Source: Trichoplax adhaerens
Lineage: Eukaryota > Animalia > Placozoa
DNA length: 64,000 nucleotides
NCBI RefSeq assembly: GCF_000150275.1
Contig: NW_002060968.1
Location: forward strand, 467,788 to 531,787
Reading direction: 5' to 3'
This document shows, piece after piece, positions 54,042-64,000 of the stretch (position 1 is the first letter of the stretch; the number at the start of each line of letters is the position of its first letter). The notes beneath the pieces are model-generated. The model worked only from the letters and a program-made list of their open reading frames with translations. It searched no databases and was not told the origin of the DNA. A program made the translations under genes and the position numbers.

Positions 54042-54748
54042 TGTATAAAAGTTTTACTTTATTTTAAGTAGTTAAGTAAGTACAGTGAGATAGTTACGGT
54101 TGATCAGCGTGCAAGCTGTCGTGAGTAAGTTGTAAAGGAAAACTGGGAAACTAACAAATTCTGAGGTGGAAATTCGCGGTATTTATAGTTTTACAAATAG
54201 AGCACATGTAGAGAATAGGATTATAGAATTAGATACAACATTTACCATAACAGATTACAACATAGCTGATAATTGTAGCAAACAGCGACTGTTGTAATAT
54301 CAAAATAAAGTAGACTATATATGAATGTGAAGCAAGGGAACTGCAGATATGTCTAAATATAAGAGCAGTACAACATGTCTATATTTAAGAGTAGAATATA
54401 GTTACAGTATATTTTAAATACACCACAGTTTACTACCTTGAATGTCTGTATTCGATAATTTAATCGTAATATCATATTCGTTATTGAAATATGTTGATAG
54501 TATAGTAAATACATCTATAAAGGCTGACAGAGTATATTCTTAGGATTGTGATCAATAAATGTTCTTCAGGTTAAGGCTAAGTTGTGTGAGAGTTATATAC
54601 CTTGCATATTGTGTGGAGCGAGTAAGTGTGTATCTAGCAAGAATTCCAATCACTATACTGTGGGCTAGGGAAGTAGTTCTGCGGATTGAAGTAAAGTTTA
54701 TTGTTAGTACTAAGTTTTTTTTATTTTGCCACAAGCGTAGTTCTGGCA
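54042..54748 (+). mobile_element. Candidate diverged solo LTR (family C); left boundary uncertain
   Basis: Right end TTTGCCACAAG...TTCTGGCA resembles the family A end; TATAAA at 54516 then AATAAA at 54554; AAGGT follows the end and also precedes TG at 54042 (possible TSD). The terminal inverted repeat is weak and no second copy is present. Confidence 0.45.
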
Positions 54749-57070
54749 AAGGTCTAATTCGTCTAGATTCCAGGGCTATCGTAAATAAACTTCAGCTAGG
54801 GAAGCAAGTTCATGAAACTGATAGATTTATGGTAAGTGTTAAAATATAAATAAGAATTCCAATAATAGTCTATTTCTGACAAATTTGAAATGCAATTGTT
54901 GTTTTTCATCTCTTGTTTCTAGTTGATATAATACTTTCGTTACTAAGAATAAAATTGTGAGGATCTATGACTAGCTAGCTTCGAAAAATTTGCTAATATC
55001 GTAAGCGAAAGGAAAATAAGCTCTCATTTGGGCTAATTATCGATCAAATTCTAAAGAATCATACACCAATCTAATCAATGAAACTTATTAAGCCTCATTA
55101 TAGATTGTTTATGGGTCCAGTTATTTTAATTCGTGATGACTTTATGACCATCATTGCTAATTACTTGCCGTTGAGAGCATATTTACCCAATCCACGGTTC
55201 GTGCTGAACATTTAATAATTTAATAGATATTGATTTTTAACTTAATCTGCGTGTCCATTACTCTAAAGATAAAGCATGTCTTAAGCAGGCAGATTATCGA
55301 TAGGATCTGCTGTACTTTATATATGTTAGATATATGCATAGCGTGTACAGATAGCATGACATATAAGCTGTCTATAATTCGTATCGAATCATGTTCCAGT
55401 CTTACTTAAGTACTTAAATGTTGTTTAATATTCTAGTTTGGAATGCAATTTGAAAAATAAGTCTTTGTTTAAGCTTTTTACATGCAAATAAGAAGAACAT
55501 ACGTAAATTTTTAACCCTATTAGCTAACAATTTCGTTGCATTCTTGACAATGAAACCTAACGGATCTTGTTCAAATAACTTTACCTTAACCCAGTCTACC
55601 ATATAGACAACGTCTGATTCCATTTGCAATTACTATTTATACATTGGTTTAATATCGGGATTATTGGACCTTAAGATCATCGTATTACATATTCTCCATT
55701 GATTATTTTTAATAGACACTGAATTCGTTTCTAGTGAATTATTATGATTGAAAATTTAGTTTGCTGGATGGGAAGACTCATAAATGAGATTCTATTTATT
55801 CACGAAAGCAATTGTTCCATATCACAATCGGAGGACTTGCGCAACAAACTAGCTTAATTATCATACCCACTTGTTACCCGATGATTTTGCATCTATTAGG
55901 GTAAATTTTTTTGACTATTTTCGTCCCTGATACGTAATTGGACAGTAAGTTGCAGCATCACTCATAGTTTTGAAGCTTCTGTTGTGATCTTGAAGAATGA
56001 AATTTATACCTGCAATTGAGATGTTACTCATATTTTTACTTCCGGCAATAGGTAATAAGAATAAACATTCTTCTTTGAATCGATTATAAATTTTAAAGTA
56101 GCCTGAATGCCAACTATAATCAATAATAATTTATTAGCCATTAGATGTATTTGTTCGTAACTACTTTTATCTTCATTAAGTATCTTCAGAAAACATTAGT
56201 CTCTGATTCATTGAAAGGCTTCAAAATTAATAGAGCGAACTAGGCTTTAAAATCAATTGTAGAAAAATATATAAATGCGGTATGCCGGATAACAAAGAGT
56301 TTCTTAAAATCACTGTTTAACGCAAAATGCAAAGTGTGCTAGTTTTAGCGTTAACTACTCACATAAGAAGTGTGTTCTGAATGGTGCAGATATTTTCTGC
56401 CTGCTAAATGGTTTAGGACCTGACTTCATGATCATAAATTACGCAATCTTGTTGCTCAGCTTCTTTGTAACGCCATACTACTTTTACAATGGAGCAATCA
56501 TTGCTTTATTTCAACTCTTATTTATTATCCATTTACTACAGTTTACTTTCGTAGTAAGGCAAAGAGGATTTTCTGATCTCTCAATAATGTATTCTACATC
56601 AGGATGCGAAATCAACTAAATTTAATTAAGTCTCGTTTAAGACTTTCGTTAAAGTATTCACCTATCATTAGCATTAATTACAATGAATGAGGTCCATGTT
56701 GTTATTCGGGCAAATTAAGATAATTAATTATGAAATATTTTCTTACATTATTATTTAAGAACTTCAATATAATCCCTATAATTATCGACCCGTGTTAAAC
56801 TTTGAGTAACATTGCTGTGCGGATACTTTATACTTCTATAATTAAACGCTAAAACTCGAAGTCTAAAAACGTATCAATTTTTAGATGATTTCAAATTAAA
56901 TTTCAAATCTTTTAATTAATTATCATTAAGCTTTATTAAGATTAGGTAATTATTGATCATAATTGGTGTAGGAATAGCAACATCGGTAAATTAGTCTTAT
57001 TGCTAATATATCCTCTGCTCTAGCGATTGCTTATTCAATCGGGCACGACGTTACCTAGTAGAAAGCAGTA

Positions 57071-60000
57071 ATGTCTCAAAATTTTACTGAAAGCATTGAT
57101 AACTCAACATCCATATTCGACGATCAAGCTGAGACCTTGAATGATACAAAATTTGGCACTGCGGATAATGCTGCTAGTTCTTTACAGTCTGAAGATGATA
57201 TTAAAGCTCAACAAAATTTTATTGAGCAGGATGAAGCTATTATAAAAGTAGAAAATACATCTATTGAATCCTCTACCGTTTTTGAGAGTAATTATAATGA
57301 AGTAAATTTTAACTCAGAAAGCAATCAATCTATGAAGAAGGAGATTAAAAAAGAGAACGAGGATGAATTGCAAGAAGATTTCAATAATTATTTTGATCAA
57401 TCGAACGAAAATCGCGACTTCATCGAGGATAATAATAAATTCTTGGATATGGAACAAAACTCAAAATCTGAACATTCCAAACTAACTGGCGCGGAACAAG
57501 TTTGCCAGCATGGCGTACATTTTAGTTGTCAGGATTGCAAATTACAGAAGCAAAGAGCGCTTACACGAAATAGAGTTCGATTACATCGAATGAGAAAACG
57601 ACAAAAACAATATTTACAAAGTTTAATGTAAGTAAATTTCAGTAAAGCCCTAATAGCATTTTCTTTGAACCAACAGAAGGCCAAGCTCTAGTGACAATCA
57701 TATCATGATGAAGAATAACCCCTGATAAATTAAAATAACTCTTAACATACTTTCTAGGGACGATAATGAGCAAATACCATATGCTTCTAGATGTGCAAAT
57801 GGAGCTATCAGTAGAAGTCGTGGATACGCTATATCGACAAATAATCGTAAGAGTGAGAATATAATATTTTACTGGAATCTTTGATATTATCCGACAGTCA
57901 TAACAGTTATTAAAAATTGAATGCTAATAATTTTGATACATTTAATATTAGGAGTTGAAGATCGTAAATATCAATTAGCTAATTCGTCCGTTGAAAAAGC
58001 AAATCAAGGCTACTATGTCGAACCCTCCAAAATTCCTAATAGTAATTTGCTACTCCACTCCTTACAGGTCTCAGGTCATAAAGAGCATTCTAACTGTAAT
58101 ACATCGATTTACTATCCATCATCTTCTAATAATGTATCGGCTGAGGCAATAATTTACTCAGAAAAGGAAGATCAGAATAATCCCTTTTGCTCCAAATGTT
58201 TAAGAAAATATGATAAAAGTAGGAATTTGGCTTCCTCATTCTGCCCACACACGCAGCCAATGCGTGGTAGGGCACGTAATTTTGGTCTTTTAAATTCTAC
58301 AAGGTTAGCTAGCGAGAGGATGTCGTTGTGGATGTGTTTAAAACATTTACTGAAATATTTTTTATTTTTTTGATCGTTGTTATCATCAACTATAAAAATT
58401 CACATTCAGTAAGAATTTATACGACAAATCTGTTGCACCAAACACAAATGAACACCACCATCTAAATAAAGACAGAGTAGATCACCAGGGCGATTATGGT
58501 AAGTGAGCAAGTTAGTCTACGTATTTCCTGTTGATGCTTTTGTAGTTTTAAAGCGCTATTAAAAGCTGGCCTATCGATTAACTAGGGAATTTTGATCTTA
58601 ATAATGTTATAGCTAAAACAGCTTATGGAGATGACCAAGAAATGGACAATTTTCACTGCATTGCAGATGCAGCTGGTGATAATTTTTTAAATGATACCGC
58701 CTCTTATGATTGTTCACATGGTGCGAATAAGATTACTGATGTTATAGATTATATAGATAAAATGACTACAGACAGTAAAACTTCTCTAGTCAAGAAAAAA
58801 CACTATTGCGGAATAGGTAAAGAATGTATTGTCTATGTCTGTAGTCGTGGAAAATGCCGAGGGAGTTTGCAAAATGCAAACATTGCAAATTACTGTCCAT
58901 ATGGTATAAAATTAATCAATAACTTTTCTTGCGGAAATACGTATCGAGTTAAAGTATTCGGACAGCATAATCATAAGGTACAGGAAAAAGATATTCTTTC
59001 CGCCAATCAAAAGCTACATGGGAAAGTTAAAAAATGGATAACGGCTTGCCTTCTTAGTGGAATGAGTATAAAGCGTATATTTAAAGCTAGCATAGATCAA
59101 GAAAACATTCTCAGTATTGGTCGTATTCCTATCTGTAACGTAGCACTAAAAGGACTTGATGCAGCATCAGCATGGCACCCGTCCATCAACCAAATTGCAA
59201 AGGTTAAAAAGATGGTCAAGAAATCTCGAAACAGCTATGTCAAGCTTAAATTGAATATTCCAAAAATGCTTGACAAATATCGTGATCAAGTTCTGTATAT
59301 CAGTACTTTTGAAGATACCGAATCCATTAACTTATATCTATCTATGGCTAATAAAGGCTTATCAATTTGCAATGCGGATTCATTTAGTCCAATTAAGGTG
59401 CCTAATAATTTGTTTCTTTGCGTATTGCAAACAGAATATATGCGGGCCCGCATGCTAAGCATACAAAATTTGCGTTCGGGCAAATCAGTCTTACACTATT
59501 CAGGCACCAAAAAATTAAATGCTTGTGGACTAGTATTAGGTGCCTTTCTCTATAGATGTCATGCAAAATTAGGTGAAATCGTGGCATATGTTATTTTATC
59601 CGATCATAGTGTAGAGTTGTTAGGTACTGCTTTATCGAAATTGATTTTGGTAGGACTAAAACCAGATATTGGAATAACCAATAAATGTAATAGTATGATA
59701 TGTGCCTTTGAGTGCCTTTTTGGTCCGTCGTTTCCAGTTTTTATAGATCGTAGCTCTATTTTGGATCAATGGAAGAGATGGTTAGCATCATCTAGGCATC
59801 ATCCTCCTAATTGCTTCCCTAGTCCAGCAGATCAATGTTTTATACTAGACAAGATTAGAATACTAGCTACTACTACGGAAGTGGAAAACTTTGCCATAGA
59901 AAAACGGATATTACTCCGATATTGCAAGAAAAAAGGCCTTGATCACGTAAATCATCATTATAGCAACAAATATGGCTTATCATTAGAACAAGCACTCAAA

Positions 60001-60243
60001 AGTTATAATGATCAAAATATTCAACGGAAAATCCCCCTCTATGATTGTTGCGAAAAATTTTGGTGCTTGGTTTATCAAAAAAGTGACTCGGAATTAATAT
60101 CATCAGAGAGCTTAAGCGCTATTGGCAGAAGACATTTTGAAGAATTATATCATCATATTGACATGAAGAAAGGCAGAAATGTTCAAAAGTTTATTTATCA
60201 AGTGTTTGATATTATGAAATTACAGTGCCATGCAGCCAAGTAA
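57071..60243 (+). CDS. Mutator/MULE transposase-derived protein 1 (acidic N-terminus, CxH..CxxC plus basic motif, WRKY/GCM-type C2H2 finger, MULE-like core lacking catalytic Asp residues); 5 exons, about 905 aa
   Basis: Exons 57071-57627, 57758-57846, 57952-58303, 58410-58498, 58613-60243 join in frame with GT-AG sites (2718 nt). The last exon has YVCSRG..CPYGIKL..VKVFGQHNH, LFLCVLQTEYM, GEIVAYVILS, LKPDIGIT, FECLF and WKRWL, the motif order of MULE transposases as recognised by eye. Confidence 0.8.
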
Positions 60244-61612
60244 ATTTATTGACAGTATTTATAAAGTACCATATTACATATGCACTTATTCGTCTTTGCT
60301 AAAGGATATCCATTTACGAATAAATGCGATTATACTTAATTTAATCTGTCTAAATGTCTACGTAATGGTAGCATTTGGGTTTTATATGAGAGACATAGTT
60401 TACCAAATTGGATTTGTTATCTTTAGAATGAGCGAAAAAAGCGAATTGATAGTTTACTTTAGCCAATATATTATATGAGTTTAACACTAGCATATTAATA
60501 ATTAATGACTCTGGGACAGTATTTTGGAATAAATGACAAATGTGAGAATTGAAGGTAAAAATAGTATTTCATTTTCTAGCTTTTCTAATGCAATCGTTGG
60601 TGTTAATGCTTTAAATAATAATACGATAAAGAAATAGAAATTGGAAATTGGAAGAGAAAAACGGTGCATACGATGATAAACTAAGATACTATAACTTATA
60701 CTACAGTATATTCCAAAATGTGTCGGTAGAGTTAAGTGAAATAATATTGACATAACAAGCCAAAGACATATTCCAGTATGAATAAGAATAGCATGTGCAC
60801 TAATAGTCTGCATATTAAAGTTCAACTAAGCTAGAGCTTCTAATGCCTGCGCATACCATTACTTCATTTACGTTAACTATTCGGAATGGTAAATTGATTA
60901 AAATTGCAAAGCGATAAGAGAAACTATAGGACTCGAAGCGATAGCACTTGAAATATCATAGTAACATTAGCAGAGATCGGAAAACCACAGTACCTGCAAG
61001 ATCGATTTCAAGTAACCCCTACTCCTTAATACGAATCTATTTAGAAATTATTCAAGATTTAGAATATTGATCAAAATATCGATGAATTGCTGCGAACTAA
61101 TCATGATACAGTATATTCCTCGATCGACTATTTTCTGTACTTACACTGATGCCAGATTCTACCCCGTTTTTCAATTTTAGTATGTATCCGAACAATGTAA
61201 AGGATGTGATAGACAGGATCATTGCGAATAACCAAGAGATCTTGAGGGAGAGTAGAATGGAATTAGAAAATTTAAATTATTGCAAGCGATCGATCCAATC
61301 TTCAAGTGATGTTGATTTCCATTTGCTTTGAATAACTTTCTTAGAATTGGTACTATTGAAAGATTGTTTCTTTGGGTTTAGCTAGAGCTGATGATCATGT
61401 CAAATTGAATTGATATTTAGGAAGAGATCGAAGTGAAAATCGCCATTTCCTTCAAAGACAACAACATAAATCAAGATCAGCATCTAAGTGTACGACCAAT
61501 CTTAAAAATTGGTGCGCTATTGCATGTTGTGCTTACCATTGATACTAAATTTCTTTTTTAAGTGAGATTAAAATGATCTAAATTTACCTTACGATTACGG
61601 TTGTAAAATTAG

Positions 61613-64000
61613 GATTTCTATGCCGATAAATGGCTTTAGGCCTAACCATAGACATTCATTTCAAAGAAGGTCTTATTCGGCGGATGCAGGTATACTTATG
61701 GTAGATTTAAAACTGATATACTTTCAATCCTATCAAAGTACAGAGATTTTAGAAAATTACGGTGCTTTATAGCATACACCATTATTAAATCCGTACATAC
61801 TATAACATTTGTAGATAGCAACAATTTTCTTCATTTTAGTTCCTCGGGACTGTCGCTGTACTTTTCAAGAACACTTTAGTTCAGATATTCAAGTTGGCAA
61901 ACAGTGTTCAAATCCCTGTAATACATCAGGAAGTAATGTTCTGATCAATAATAGGTCTGAGATTTCACTAAGAACACAGGTAAAGTATTGTTAAAGTGTA
62001 TCAACCTTATAATATTTGCTATGATTTACGGTGCGGTAGAGCAAAGGACTCGAATTAACCTAACTTATATCGCTGAAATCTTTTCAGGGTAAGCAAACTT
62101 TACATGGAGAAGAAACTAGCCACAGTATAAGACAAAGGTTTAACTCTTATTATATCATATTATGACTCCAATTAGATTTATACTTTCTAGAATAAATTTT
62201 GTTTCAATTAAATTTAATAGAAACTCTGAAAATATTTATAGAAAGCAATACAATGCAACCAATCCTAACAATATTTTCATCGATGATGGCAGGAAAAATA
62301 AAGCGCATAGTACACCAGATAATCTTATTTCTAAACCATTAGGCGATGAAATTTATCCGTGCCATGGTCGAAATCCCATGCACATAATTAATACATGATG
62401 AATTGTAATACGTTTATTTTTGCAATGTTTACTAGAAAATGTGAAGAAATTCATTTACAAGACTGCGAATAGAAATCTAAGCCATGACACGAGCTCCGTT
62501 TCAAATTCTTCTATCCAGACAGTCAATATGAACAGCTTAGAGGATCTTGATGATTTCCCTTCAAAATGGCAAGCTTGCCAAAAACAAACCGGAGAAATTC
62601 CAGTGTCTGAACTCAGTTCCTTTTTAATAAATTTAACTGCAGATAACAGCTTTACTTTAACCAAAAAAAGTCATGTCATGAATGGCAGCAGTGAAGAACT
62701 CTGTTTCTTCTGCCGCAGAAATGATTTCTTGGAGGGTCATGCTAATACAAAAAGCAATGTCAAGCCGTGTCCATTTTATGTCAAAATATCCAATTTCTAC
62801 TGCAAAAGAGAGGTTTACCAAATTGAAATGCAAGGATATCATAATCATGCTACGAAAAACAGTAAAGCTAATAATCAAGTCCGTCGAATTCTTCATCGCT
62901 CTGTAAGAGCATGGATCATTGCATGTCTTCGCTCAGGTATGAGTTCAAGACTTACATTTATGGCCAGCATTAATCGTCTAAATATTCCAGGAATAGGCTC
63001 GATCCCAACCAGTAGCAACAATGCGCGTTTATCATCGTCATCCAATTCGATCATCTGGAATCCAACGCTGAAGCAGATCATTAGTATTAAGAACAAATTA
63101 AGAAATGCTCATCAATGTCACATCAGCGATAACCATTGTGTACGAAAACTGATTTTAAAATACCGCAATGATGTAGTTTACATGAGCACTTTTGAAGACA
63201 CGGACGCTGTTAATCAATTTCTTGAAATAAGAAAAAAACATTTACATAAATCGAATTGCTCTATTGGTCTAACTCATGTACCCAAAGATTTATTTCTTTG
63301 CGTATTGCAAACGGATTTTATGCGTAAGCGTATGATAAAGATCCAAAAGATAAAGCAAGGAGATGCAATTTTGCATTATCATACCATAGATGGACTTGAC
63401 TGGCATGGTCAACCTATCGGATTATTATTATACAAAAACGAATTTGATGTCGCAGAAATTATCGCATACATAATATCATCAGAACCAATCGTTGAGCTGT
63501 TAAGTATTTCACTTTCTAAACTGGTTGAAGTTGGATTATCTCCTGATGCGGGGATAGTAACTGAATGGAACTATGTTGCTAGCTCTTATAAGTGTATTTT
63601 CGATGATTCATTCTCGATATTTATTAGTAGTTATCATTTAGTAGAAGGATGGAAGAGATGGTTAGTATCTGTAAAGAATCATCCCATTAATTTGACGCCT
63701 ACTGAAGCAGATCGCATTACAATATTAAACAAAGTTAAGACATTAGCAACAACTGACCAGGAAAATATTCATGCAGAAACGAAGCTAGGCTTATTTAATT
63801 ACTGTCGAGATAGAGGACTCCATCATATTATTGAGTATTATAACGAAAAATACGCAAATAATACCGCAAATAGGAAAATAAATGGCGGTATAGAATGGCA
63901 AACAACTGGGCAAGTGAGCGAAGATTGCTGGTGTTTACTATTCAAAGAGAAGGTTGCTAAATGGCTTCAGAATGGCAATCTGCATACTAGTATGGCATAT
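61613..64000 (+). CDS. MULE transposase-derived protein 2 (tandem paralog); 5' exons unresolved, 3' end beyond the window
   Basis: Frame-consistent exons 61613-61689, 61840-61979, 62088-62137, 62221-62366, then an uninterrupted ORF from 62436 to the window end (absent from the ORF track because it has no stop). It aligns with protein 1: FFCRRN..CPFYVKI..GYHNH, WIIACLRSGMS, YMSTFEDT, LFLCVLQTDFMRKRM, LSKLVEVGLSPD, WKRWL..NHP. Further upstream exons probably lie at about 60970-61490. Confidence 0.8.

Noticed and set aside
3629-56619. Most remaining 60-105 aa ORFs in the ORF track
   Set aside because: Many start at TTG/GTG, lie in introns, repeats or antisense to real genes, and have composition expected from random AT-rich DNA.
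60502-60825. 107-aa hydrophobic minus-strand ORF between the MULE-derived genes
   Set aside because: Non-ATG start, AT-driven Ile/Leu/Phe composition and no motif; probably spurious.

Overview
AT-rich eukaryotic (animal) genomic DNA with short GT-AG introns. Composition, intron size and gene types suggest a placozoan such as Trichoplax; this is an inference, not a database result. The window holds three tandem gene pairs. (1) Two intronless, paralogous class A (rhodopsin-like) GPCR genes on the minus strand (10951-11946, 24242-25261) share non-canonical switch motifs (DRY->DKL, NPxxY->NAILY). (2) Two multi-exon plus-strand genes, largely invisible to the ORF track (31019-38252, about 511 aa; 46626-51830, about 545 aa), encode signal peptide + LRRNT + 15 or 16 LRRs + a 6-Cys cap + S/T/P stalk + putative GPI signal. 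Each LRR sits on its own 72-nt phase-2 exon. (3) Two intron-containing paralogs (57071-60243, about 905 aa; ~61613->64000, truncated by the window) end in a WRKY/GCM-type zinc finger plus a Mutator (MULE) transposase-like fold whose catalytic residues appear replaced, i.e. probable domesticated transposases. Five 442-587 bp TGTCAC...GTGACA solo-LTR-like elements are dispersed through the window, each with its own 5-bp target-site duplication, all in the same orientation and with conserved terminal hairpins; a sixth, more diverged candidate ends at 54748. Several degenerate tandem repeats are also present. No rRNA, tRNA or CRISPR array was recognised. All gene models were assembled by eye from splice signals and reading-frame continuity.
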